From Candidatus Eiseniibacteriota bacterium (lineage in GTDB: Bacteria > Eisenbacteria > RBG-16-71-46 > SZUA-252), in the NCBI GenBank assembly GCA_963724515.1, contig CAVRUU010000002.1, positions 2,942-66,941 of the forward strand: 64,000 nucleotides of DNA, given 5' to 3'. Positions 35,214-43,432 of the stretch are shown one piece after another. The notes under the pieces were generated by a model. The model saw only the letters and a list, made by a program, of their open reading frames with translations. It searched no databases and was not told the origin of the DNA. Numbering within the stretch: the stretch's first letter is position 1; every line of letters starts with the position of its first letter. The translations under genes were made by a program, and so were the position numbers.

Positions 35214-37534
35214 CAGGGCAGCGTCGGCGACGCGTTCACGTACTCGAACGATCTCCTCATGATGTTGACGGCGTCCGCGTCCTTCAGGAAATAGAGCGGG
35301 AACGTGAAGATCGCGTAGCGGCCAAGCGCGGCGCTTGGCACGTAGCCCTGGTTCGGGCTGGCTCCGAGGTCATGCGACTGGCCGAGGAGCCCGCACGCAA
35401 GCCCCTCACGGGGTGATGGTCCGCCGTCCTGGTCGGCGCCAACTCTCACACCATGGTACGTGTAGAGCACCTGGATGATCGGGTCCGCCGGGTTCTCGAA
35501 ATTGAAATTCTGGATGGGCCGGCATCCGAAGTTCTGGGCCATTACCCAGCCCTCGATACCCGCCAATCCGGGGAAGGTCCGCTGGTCCCGGGAATTGAGA
35601 TCGGCCACAAAGGGATAGTGGTTGGTGTTCCACTTGAACGACACCTGGCCGGGCCCTGGGGTAGCCGGATACTGGACTCCGGTCCCCGTGTTCCCCGTAT
35701 CCACCCGCGCCGTGTCGAACCCTAAGCCGATCGCGGTCGCGGTGGGTATCCCCCGCACGAAGTCGAAGGCCCCCGCCGCTCTTCGGCCCTCGCGGCTCTG
35801 GACCGACCGGTCGATGCCCATGTACATGCGTGGGAAGATCGTCTGGTTGAACTGCGGCGTGCCGGGCGGATAGGTAGTGCAAATCCCCCCGGGAACCCCG
35901 TCGTACGTCTGGTTGCCGGGGAGCCCCGTCGTCGCTTGAGCGACGCTCCAACCGGTCAGGATCAGGGTGCCCCCCGCCCGCAGGTAGCCTTGAAGCTCGC
36001 TGTAGTCCCCTCCCGCGACCGACCGGAACAGGCCCGTCGCGAGACTTCCCCCGTTCTCGGCGTCCGTGGTCCACACCACGGTCGTGTACTCCGCGAGGTT
36101 CCTGGCCTCCGGCTGCTTTCGCCTGTCGATGCCTCCGGCGGCCTCGGCGATCGTGTCCCACTCCGTGTACGGGATCCCGTATAGATCGAAGATGGTGATC
36201 AGAGGACCCTGACCCGTGTCATTCCGTTCCGTCCACCACCGGGACTCCAGATCGTCCGTTGGACGACTCCCGTTTCCAAGGGTGGGATCCGAGTCGTCCA
36301 CGAACAGGATCTTCCGCGGCGCGCCCGGATCCTTGAACGACGGATGCACGATGAGAAGCGGCACGGTGATGTTCGTCGTGAGCCCGCCGTCGTCCACCAC
36401 CCGCACATAGAGGAAATGATTTCCCGGAGGAAGCTGACTGGGCTGGTACGTGGCGCCGGTCGATCGAATGTCGATCCCCGGGAACGAGCTGGTATCGTCC
36501 ATCGCATACGTGAACCCGACGATCTCTCCACCGTAGGACTCCGCGTTCGCCGTCCAGGAGAAGCTCACGGTCTCCCCCTCGAAGATCTGGAGTTGCTTCC
36601 TCGCGTAGTCGTCGGGGCCGATGGCGGGATCCAGGCACCGGTTCAGGATACTGCTGCAGACGTTGAGCACAGGTCCCGCGTTTCGACTCGTGACCGTGAA
36701 ATGCCGGATATTGCGGACAAAGACCAGGTCCTTCTCCGTGGCTCCCGCGATGTCCACCGCGCGCTCCGCGAACACGTATTCGCCTGGGGTCACGTTCCGG
36801 AAGCGGGTCTTGAGCGCGCGGATGCCCTGCCATTTCCAGTCGCCATTGGGCGCCGGCAAGCTGTCGCTGACGGCCGCGCGGATCATGTCCACGTACACGT
36901 TCGGACTGAAATGGGGCAGCGGTGGATGCGTGGGAGGGGTGGCGAGGTCCGCGGTCCCGTCGACGCGCAGAAGCAGATACTGGAACGAATCGACCGGCAC
37001 CCTTCCGCCCGTTTCTCCGCCGTCGGGGTCGAGTCCGGACCACTCATACGTGAAATTGGGGCCGACGACCGGATTGAACGCCGCGGGACCCTTCTCGATC
37101 CTCGAGTTCGGCGGAAGCGTTTTCGCGGAGAAGGCCCTCGAGGCGGGCGACCTGTCGATCCTGCCGTCGTTGTCCTCGGCCGCGACCTTGAAGACGTGAA
37201 CCTTCAGCTCCCGGACGGGGTCCACCAGGAAAAGGAGGATCGTGTCCTTGGATACCGTCGTCCTCCACTCGTTTGACGGACGCAGGGTATCGTCGTCGAC
37301 CGCGTAGTGGAACCGCATGACCTCGCCGTCGTCATCGTAGCCGCTCCAGTAGAAGTGAACGCGGAACGTGGTCGTGTCGTACTGGACGGGCGCGTAGGTG
37401 AGCTCGGTCTCGGGATAGAGCTTATCGGGCGTTGGAGGGACGACGGGGCCCTTGGAGCAGCTCGTGCCGTTGTAGATCGCCACGAGCGCGAGGAAGATCA
37501 ACCCGAAGTGCCGGATACGAAATGGAGGCTTCAA
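35213..37534 (-). CDS. Large lipoprotein of unknown function (repeated W-x-G-x-D-x-DG beta-sandwich modules plus a C-terminal alpha/beta domain)
   Basis: The TTG start at 37534 has an AAGGAG RBS 8 nt upstream, giving 773 aa. Lipobox: LVAIYNGTS-C. Repeated motifs: FRVHFYWSGYDDDGEVMRFHY, FTYEWSGLDPDGGE, VSFSWTANAESYGGEIVGFTY. The C-terminal segment is KILFVDDSDPTLG...YTTVVWTTDAENG...GGTLILTGW. Confidence 0.85.
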   Translation of the reverse strand: MKPPFRIRHFGLIFLALVAIYNGTSCSKGPVVPPTPDKLYPETELTYAPVQYDTTTFRVHFYWSGYDDDGEVMRFHYAVDDDTLRPSNEWRTTVSKDTILLFLVDPVRELKVHVFKVAAEDNDGRIDRSPASRAFSAKTLPPNSRIEKGPAAFNPVVGPNFTYEWSGLDPDGGETGGRVPVDSFQYLLLRVDGTADLATPPTHPPLPHFSPNVYVDMIRAAVSDSLPAPNGDWKWQGIRALKTRFRNVTPGEYVFAERAVDIAGATEKDLVFVRNIRHFTVTSRNAGPVLNVCSSILNRCLDPAIGPDDYARKQLQIFEGETVSFSWTANAESYGGEIVGFTYAMDDTSSFPGIDIRSTGATYQPSQLPPGNHFLYVRVVDDGGLTTNITVPLLIVHPSFKDPGAPRKILFVDDSDPTLGNGSRPTDDLESRWWTERNDTGQGPLITIFDLYGIPYTEWDTIAEAAGGIDRRKQPEARNLAEYTTVVWTTDAENGGSLATGLFRSVAGGDYSELQGYLRAGGTLILTGWSVAQATTGLPGNQTYDGVPGGICTTYPPGTPQFNQTIFPRMYMGIDRSVQSREGRRAAGAFDFVRGIPTATAIGLGFDTARVDTGNTGTGVQYPATPGPGQVSFKWNTNHYPFVADLNSRDQRTFPGLAGIEGWVMAQNFGCRPIQNFNFENPADPIIQVLYTYHGVRVGADQDGGPSPREGLACGLLGQSHDLGASPNQGYVPSAALGRYAIFTFPLYFLKDADAVNIMRRSFEYVNASPTLP

Positions 37535-37547
37535 TGCACTCGCTCCT

Positions 37548-39149
37548 TCACGGTCGGCGTGTCGGTCGGCTTGTGGGGGACACGAGATCAAAATAGAAGA
37601 TTTTCGAGCTGTCGGACACGAACTCGGCCCGGTCGATGGCCCAGACCTCCACCGAGTGGGGGTTGCCCGGCGCCAGGTTGGCAAAGGTAGAGTCGGGAAT
37701 GAAAACGCTCGTCGGGGGATCGCCCGTGAACACGACGTTGCGGGTTTGAGTCGCGTCGAGCTTGATTCGAGCGTTCTTCACCACGCCATCCTCCACATCG
37801 TGGGCGTACCAGGTGATGAGCCTGCCTGGTTCGAACGGGAAAACGGGTCCGACACTCTCTTCCACGCTCAACGAATCGATGAACGGCCGGTAGTTGCAAT
37901 TGAACCGAAATGCCGCCTTCGTCCCGTCTCCGCGGTTCGAGCAATCCCGTGACGCCGCGAGCATGTACATGTTGAAGCCGGCATCGAGCGAATCCAGCAC
38001 GAGATTGCTGAATCCCCTCTGCCGGAGGGAATTGGGCTCGTTCGTCTTGAAGGGGATGGGCGGGCTCCCGGGTATCTCGTTGAGGAATCCGATGACGTAA
38101 GGCTCACCGAGGTTGCGGGTGCCTCCCCGCAGCTCGAGGGAGTACCCGTTGATGCAATTGGACTCGGGCAGCGGATTGTTCACCCTCCCGGGTCTCCCCA
38201 GATCCTCGCCATCCCAGGCGAACCAGACCGTGGACCTGTAGGGCACGGTGTCCCCCTCGCCGAACGGGACGACCACCGATTCGTCCACGAGGTCCCCGCC
38301 CAGGAAGGGTGGATGGTAGAAGCCGTTGGGTCCGCCCTTCGGCGTGAACCAAGTCTCGGGATCGTGGTTCACGACGAAGAAGAGGTTCGTCTTCCCGACC
38401 GCCAGCGCGTTGTCCACGGCGGTGATGGTGAGATTGTAGACCCCGCTCGCGAGGCCCACGGAGTTGACGTCGGTCGTGTCGTTGAATACGGCGAACGTGT
38501 CGGCCATCAACGGGCTCGAGACCGTCCCCACGTCGAACTTGTAACGGATCACGACGCCGTCGGAGTCGTCACCGGTCCAGGAGACCCTGAAGGGCTGGCC
38601 GTCCGACAGGGTGTCGATCACGTAGCCAAGCCGTGCGCTATCGCTGGGTAGGGTGCCGGTGAACTGCACCCGGGGCCGGATCGTTTCAGCCTTGAACGTC
38701 GTCCGATTGAAGATCGCGGAGCTCGGATCATGTTTGCCCAGGTTGTCCACCGCCCTGATGTAGAACGTGTGATACCGGGTGAATCCGATGATGGTGGACC
38801 CGCCGGTGATGTCAGTGGAATCGTTCACGGTCAGGTCGAAGATGCTGTCCGTCTTCGTCGTGAAGTGGAAGTGCCCCGCGCTCGAATCGTCGAACGCCCA
38901 CAGGTAGCCGGCCACGTATCCATCCGGATCCTCCCCGCGCCAGTAGAGGTGAACGCGGTAGGAATAGCTTACCCCGGTAGCCGTCGGGTGGGCGACGGTG
39001 CTGTCGAGGGGGGCCGCGACCAGGAACGTGCGCGGCGGCCGGTTCCGGTCGACGCGAAGCGGGTCCTTGGCGCAGCCGGCGAGCATCGCGAGCGCGGCCA
39101 CGGGCACGGCAATGCATGCCAGAGACAACGCGGTTCTCCGCAATGGCAT
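37548..39149 (-). CDS. Lipoprotein of unknown function, paralogous at its N-terminus to 35213..37534
   Basis: Trimmed to the ATG at 39149 (GGAGAG RBS), 533 aa. Signal and lipobox: MPLRRTALSLACIAVPVAALAMLAG-C. Motifs: YRVHLYWRGEDPDGYVAGYLW, FRVSWTGDDSDGVVIRYKF, VWFAWDGEDLG, ITWYAHDVEDGVV. Confidence 0.85.
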   Translation of the reverse strand: MPLRRTALSLACIAVPVAALAMLAGCAKDPLRVDRNRPPRTFLVAAPLDSTVAHPTATGVSYSYRVHLYWRGEDPDGYVAGYLWAFDDSSAGHFHFTTKTDSIFDLTVNDSTDITGGSTIIGFTRYHTFYIRAVDNLGKHDPSSAIFNRTTFKAETIRPRVQFTGTLPSDSARLGYVIDTLSDGQPFRVSWTGDDSDGVVIRYKFDVGTVSSPLMADTFAVFNDTTDVNSVGLASGVYNLTITAVDNALAVGKTNLFFVVNHDPETWFTPKGGPNGFYHPPFLGGDLVDESVVVPFGEGDTVPYRSTVWFAWDGEDLGRPGRVNNPLPESNCINGYSLELRGGTRNLGEPYVIGFLNEIPGSPPIPFKTNEPNSLRQRGFSNLVLDSLDAGFNMYMLAASRDCSNRGDGTKAAFRFNCNYRPFIDSLSVEESVGPVFPFEPGRLITWYAHDVEDGVVKNARIKLDATQTRNVVFTGDPPTSVFIPDSTFANLAPGNPHSVEVWAIDRAEFVSDSSKIFYFDLVSPTSRPTRRP

Positions 39150-39217
39150 TCTGCTCTCTCCGAGGAGATGGTGACGCCGGCAGGTCATCTCGGGCACGGG
39201 GTCTTGGGGACCCGCTG

Positions 39218-39246
39218 AAACTAGCAACCCCGCCAGGGGCTGTCAA
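39218..39246 (-). promoter_or_regulatory. Candidate sigma70 promoter (TTGACA-17 nt-TAGTTT) for the lipoprotein operon
   Basis: On the minus strand: a perfect -35 TTGACA (39246-39241), a 17-nt spacer, then TAGTTT (39223-39218). It sits ~65 nt upstream of the ATG at 39149. Confidence 0.45.
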
Positions 39247-39254
39247 CGAATTTT

Positions 39255-39300
39255 GTAGGGAAACGAGAAGGGCCGCCGGGGTTCCGGCGGCCCTTGTCTC
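39255..39300 (-). terminator. Rho-independent terminator after the 1209-aa gene
   Basis: A 10-bp all-GC stem (GGGCCGCCGG / CCGGCGGCCC) with a 4-nt loop at 39270-39293 and flanking A-T extension. On the minus strand it is followed by CTTCTCGTTTCCC. Confidence 0.65.
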
Positions 39301-39324
39301 GTTGAAACTCTACGGCTGGATCGA

Positions 39325-42300
39325 CTACCGAACGATAGCGATCTTGAGACCGTTCAGGCTCTCGCTGCCATCGCCGTACTTCACCTTCACGAAGTACACG
39401 CCGCTGGCCAGGTTTCTGCCATCGCTCGACTTGCCGTTCCAGTGAACCTCGTTCACACCCTGCGTGGCGTTCTTCGTAATCGTCTGCACGAGACGGCCAG
39501 CGACGTCGAAGATGCGCACGTCAGCACGGCCGTTCTTCGCCGAAAGGAAGCGAATGACCGTGCTCGGGTTGAACGGGTTCGGGAAGCTTCTGTCCAGTCT
39601 GTTGGCAACCGGCGGAGCTCCCGCGACATCCACCGCCGACAGGACCTTGGTCGCATCCTGGAGCGGATAGAGCGGACCGTACGTGCCCGTGCTGAAGCCC
39701 GTAAGGGTAGCCCAGTTGCCGTACTTGTTGGCATCCGTCGGGCACGGCCAGCAGGAAGCCGTATCCGCTGTCGTCCTCGGTCCACGGCAGCTCGTCAGGA
39801 ACTTGTAGAGCACCTGAGCGCGCGTGTCGATCAGGTTCTGGCCACCCTGGCGAATGAACTGGATCGAGAAGCCGTAGCCCAAAGCCTTGTTCCGGTCGTG
39901 ATCGTTCAACACGTCACGCTCGGTCGAATAGGAGACGCCCGCGACGTTCGTCACAGAGGCGAACGTCGGGTAGGTCGCGGCATTCGAAGCATCGCCGCTT
40001 CCAACCTTGGTCAGTGCGTCAAACCGGTTCGGCGCCGGGCAGGTCCCATCTACGAAGTAGGTGTACCCACCGGTGAGCGCGGGACCCGACGCAGGATTCG
40101 CGAACAGATCCGTGACGAGCGGGAGCTGGACCGACGTGTTGCCGTTCCAGGCATTCGGAGCCGCTGCGACACCAAACACGGAACTCGACAGTAGATTTTC
40201 GTTCGGATGAGGCACGCCGCTCACCGTCAACAGTGAGCTGAAGAAATCGTCGCCCGAACCGAAGATGCACCGGTCTCCGCCGTCGGTACCCGGGGTGGGA
40301 GCTTCCCACCACAGCTTGATGAGCTTCGCGTCGGACTCTTCATCGACAACCGTCGTCGAGGTGTGCGAAGACTCGATCATGAGGCGGTACCAGATGGCCA
40401 GCGAGTCCTTGATGCTGTACTCGTCCATATTCGGGAAGTAGTTGCTCAACCGGCCGGCGCGGGTTCCTGCGAACTCGTGCCCACCGATGTGACCGCCCTC
40501 TTCCAGACCCTGCAGCGTACGGTAGCGGTCGGAGCGGACACCCAGCGCGCGCAGTGCCTGCACGGTCGCGTGGCTTCCGAAATTCCACCGCGTGTAGCTG
40601 CCGTCCAGATCGAGGAGCGGCGTATTGGTTCTGCCTGCCAGTTGGGTTCCGCCGGCGCCAGCTGCGTACACGCCCGGCAGAACGTTGAACTGGATGATAT
40701 CCGGGGCAACGATCGAGCTGCCCGGAAGCGTCGGAAGATCCTCAACCTCGCGGGCCAAACCGTCCGTCGAGAATTGATAAGAGGTTCCGCCGTTGATATC
40801 GACACCCTTCCAGTAGTACTGGACCCGGGTTCCGCGAGGCAGGAAGGCCAACTGGCTGTAAAGCGTCTTCCCGTTCACGCTGAAGCCACCCGGAAGTGAC
40901 GTGCCGGCCTTGTCGCGCGGCGGCCAGTTCACCCGGTATTCACTGTCGATCAGAGTGGTGTCGCCGGCGTTGATCCCGACCGCGTTCGCGTCGAGCTCGC
41001 TCGAGTCGAACGGGCTCCAGGTCTTGCTCGCCGGATCGAATATGCGGTAGATGATGCGCGGCTTGTCAAAGGCCGCCACGAAGTTCGGATTCGTGTGCGC
41101 GATGGTCAGACCAAAGTTCACACTCTTGTCGAACCCGTGGTGCCAGTTGACGCCCTTACCGTTCTTCCGGAGTCCCGTCGCGACGGCCAAAGTGATCGAG
41201 TCGCCGAGCGGGCTGTTGAAGTTGTCATGCACGGCGCCGTTAGCCGCGCCGGTGTCGCTGCCTCGCAGGCCGGGCCAGCACGTACCCGCTGTCACCGTGC
41301 CCGCGTTGCAACCGACGCCTGCCAACGTCCCGTCCACGAACATCGACTGAGCGACCGCGCCGACGAACACGCCGAAGATCGGCGCCGGCACGCCCGTCAC
41401 GATCTCGAGACGGAAGTTGTCGTACAGAATCCCGTAGATGACGTCGCCGCAGTTCAGATGGTCGGCGGCGAAGAACGGGATACACTGCAAGATGTAGCGG
41501 ATCTGGATCGAGTCGGCCTGGGTCGCCGCGGCCAAGTCGCCGAACTGCGTGCCCCAGGACTGCCTCGCGCCCGTGTTCACACCGCCACCCGCGTCCGTGT
41601 CGTTCCAGTTACCCCAGCTTCCGAGGGCGAAGATCCGGTACTCGGCCTGCTGGACGTATCCCTGGTTTCTCGGCAAGTCGAAATAATCATCCCACAACGC
41701 CAGCACGGAAGCCGTTCCGGCCGGAATCGGGAACGAACAGGTCACCACCGAGTTGTACTGGTTCGGCACCGTGTGGAAGTTCGCCGCGTTTCCTCCCTCG
41801 AAAATGAGGTCGGAGGAGGCGCTCTTCGGCACGCAAACGTCAGGAGTCGGCAGGAGGTTTCCGGAGACGAGCTGCCAGAGACTTCCTACTCCGGGCGCCA
41901 CGCGGGCAGAAACGATCGGAGCTCCTGCCGTACCGACGAGAACCTTGCCCCCAAACGCGTCGGTGAAGGCCGTGGCCGCTTGGTCGGTGTAGATCGCACC
42001 GTTGTCGCTGCTGGCAACGTTGTCGATCATCGCACCATGACCTTCGGGCCAGAGACCGTCTTCAGACGAATAGAGGCAGTCGGCCTTGAACACTATGTAG
42101 AGTGCCCTGTCGGCCGCCAAGAACGAGAACGAGGCGCCGGTCACCGTGACCGGTCCCGTACCCGGGTTGCTGGAGATGTTGAACGGCGCCCCAGCAACTT
42201 GTCCGGTGCCGGTCGCACCCACCGTGGCCGGGGTGATGCTGCCAGTCCACTGAATCAGATATGCCCCAGCTCCGATGATCCCGTCCAACACGCTTCTGGA

Positions 42301-42954
42301 GTTTCCGATCGGGTCGGCACCGCCGCCGCCGCCGCCGATCACCCAGACGTAGTCGTAGTTGAACTCGGCGCTGAAGTTGTAGTTGAGGGTCAAATTGTAG
42401 TTGCCGCCGTGAGCACCTGTGTCGATGTAGAGAATCTGGTAGGTGATGTTCGGATATCCGTACTTGTTCACCCAGTTGCCGTCGTACTTACCGCACCAGA
42501 TCATCCTGGTCCCGTTTAGCGCGGGAGGGCAGAGGTTCGTGCCGGTTCCTGTGGTGTTGCAAGTCGCGTTGTCCGACACATGCCACAGAGCCTCGCTCAG
42601 CGAATTGTCGCCGACGGTATACGGTCCGACTGTTCCGGCCGTGTAGGTGTCGAGCGAATCCGCCTGCGGAGAGGTCCTGGGGACCCACGTACTGGCCGCA
42701 CGTTCAGCGCACGCGCCAGGATAGAGGAACCAGGTGGTCGTCGCCTGGGACTGCTTGATCAGGTTGCCGCTCAGCGTCCCCTGATAGTTGCCGCCTGTCC
42801 GGCTCTGCCAGACTCCCGCGTGATTCTCCAGCGAGATCGGCTCCGAAGCCTTGGGCGGATCCTTCAGCGGGTCATTCGAAACCGCGGCCAGAGTGGGCAT
42901 CGCCCACAGGCCGAGTGCCACGAGACCCAACATGGCAAATAGGGTTTTCCGCAT
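39325..42954 (-). CDS. Very large secreted protein with an FlgD-Ig/T9SS-like CTD (paralogue of 2939..5785)
   Basis: I prefer the ATG at 42954 (AAGGAGG RBS 8 nt upstream) over the GTG at 42960, giving 1209 aa. Signal peptide MRKTLFAMLGLVALGLWAMPTLAA. Motifs shared with the 948-aa protein: WH(V/I)..., (I/W)WCG, FSAEFNYDY / FNAEPAYDF, YSSEDGLWPEGHGAMIDNV / YSSADGLYDGDGWIIDNV. CTD: SFPNPFNPSTVIRFLS...VRIFDVAGRLVQTI...WNGKSSDGRNLASGVYFVKV. Confidence 0.9.
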   Translation of the reverse strand: MRKTLFAMLGLVALGLWAMPTLAAVSNDPLKDPPKASEPISLENHAGVWQSRTGGNYQGTLSGNLIKQSQATTTWFLYPGACAERAASTWVPRTSPQADSLDTYTAGTVGPYTVGDNSLSEALWHVSDNATCNTTGTGTNLCPPALNGTRMIWCGKYDGNWVNKYGYPNITYQILYIDTGAHGGNYNLTLNYNFSAEFNYDYVWVIGGGGGGADPIGNSRSVLDGIIGAGAYLIQWTGSITPATVGATGTGQVAGAPFNISSNPGTGPVTVTGASFSFLAADRALYIVFKADCLYSSEDGLWPEGHGAMIDNVASSDNGAIYTDQAATAFTDAFGGKVLVGTAGAPIVSARVAPGVGSLWQLVSGNLLPTPDVCVPKSASSDLIFEGGNAANFHTVPNQYNSVVTCSFPIPAGTASVLALWDDYFDLPRNQGYVQQAEYRIFALGSWGNWNDTDAGGGVNTGARQSWGTQFGDLAAATQADSIQIRYILQCIPFFAADHLNCGDVIYGILYDNFRLEIVTGVPAPIFGVFVGAVAQSMFVDGTLAGVGCNAGTVTAGTCWPGLRGSDTGAANGAVHDNFNSPLGDSITLAVATGLRKNGKGVNWHHGFDKSVNFGLTIAHTNPNFVAAFDKPRIIYRIFDPASKTWSPFDSSELDANAVGINAGDTTLIDSEYRVNWPPRDKAGTSLPGGFSVNGKTLYSQLAFLPRGTRVQYYWKGVDINGGTSYQFSTDGLAREVEDLPTLPGSSIVAPDIIQFNVLPGVYAAGAGGTQLAGRTNTPLLDLDGSYTRWNFGSHATVQALRALGVRSDRYRTLQGLEEGGHIGGHEFAGTRAGRLSNYFPNMDEYSIKDSLAIWYRLMIESSHTSTTVVDEESDAKLIKLWWEAPTPGTDGGDRCIFGSGDDFFSSLLTVSGVPHPNENLLSSSVFGVAAAPNAWNGNTSVQLPLVTDLFANPASGPALTGGYTYFVDGTCPAPNRFDALTKVGSGDASNAATYPTFASVTNVAGVSYSTERDVLNDHDRNKALGYGFSIQFIRQGGQNLIDTRAQVLYKFLTSCRGPRTTADTASCWPCPTDANKYGNWATLTGFSTGTYGPLYPLQDATKVLSAVDVAGAPPVANRLDRSFPNPFNPSTVIRFLSAKNGRADVRIFDVAGRLVQTITKNATQGVNEVHWNGKSSDGRNLASGVYFVKVKYGDGSESLNGLKIAIVR

Positions 42955-42981
42955 TTTCACATCCTCCTTAGCGTTTCCTAA

Positions 42982-43125
42982 CTAGGAGTCCAATATCGGG
43001 AGGACAGTAGCTGGAACTTCAAAACACGGGATTCGGTACAACGAGTTGAGTCTGGAGTTGAACACTGAGGGCACCCACTCGACGGGACAGTTCTCGAGGG
43101 TTGCTGGGCGTCCTCCTTCCAACAT
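42982..43125 (-). CDS. Possible 47-aa upstream small ORF in the leader of the 1209-aa gene
   Basis: Not in the track because it is under 60 aa. AAAGGAGGT lies 7 nt before the ATG at 43125. Translation: MLEGGRPATLENCPVEWVPSVFNSRLNSLYRIPCFEVPATVLPILDS. The stop at 42982-42984 is 27 nt before the main ATG. No homology is recognisable, so it may simply be untranslated leader. Confidence 0.25.
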   Translation of the reverse strand: MLEGGRPATLENCPVEWVPSVFNSRLNSLYRIPCFEVPATVLPILDS

Positions 43126-43161
43126 TCACCTACCTCCTTTCCTCGTGTATTTGTATTGGGT

Positions 43162-43185
43162 GTTCTGATTTACGTTCTGATTTAC
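43162..43185. repeat. Perfect tandem duplication of a 12-nt unit (GTTCTGATTTAC x2)
   Basis: Read directly from the sequence: 43162-43173 equals 43174-43185. It lies in a 60-nt line with ~40% GC, ~35 nt upstream (minus-strand sense) of the small ORF's RBS. Confidence 0.9.
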
Positions 43186-43370
43186 AAGGCTGAAACGAGA
43201 ATCTGCTGTATGCGTCGGAGTCTCTCTCACCCCCTTTGTAGCGTCGTTCTCTCCAAGCGAGATTGGCTGTAACGTATTTTAGGGCATAAACAAAGAACGC
43301 CGCCCCGTCAGGCAGATGTCAGCTTCGCATTCGCTGTTGTTTCAGTTGCTTGGGACGGTAGCGGCTGTGT

Positions 43371-43392
43371 GGAAGCAAGTTATTTTGCTTCC
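43371..43392 (-). promoter_or_regulatory. 5'-proximal stem-loop of the predicted leader transcript
   Basis: Perfect 8-bp inverted repeat GGAAGCAA-6 nt-TTGCTTCC, placed a few nt downstream of the predicted transcription start. No T-run follows on either strand, so I do not call it a terminator. Confidence 0.5.
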
Positions 43393-43404
43393 ATGTACTC
43401 GGCT

Positions 43405-43432
43405 AGTATACCAAAAAAGCCGCTAATGTCAA
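43405..43432 (-). promoter_or_regulatory. Near-consensus sigma70 promoter (TTGACA-16 nt-TATACT) for the 1209-aa gene
   Basis: On the minus strand: TTGACA (43432-43427, overlapping the glyS stop codon), a 16-nt spacer, then TATACT (43410-43405). This implies a ~440-nt leader. Confidence 0.6.
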
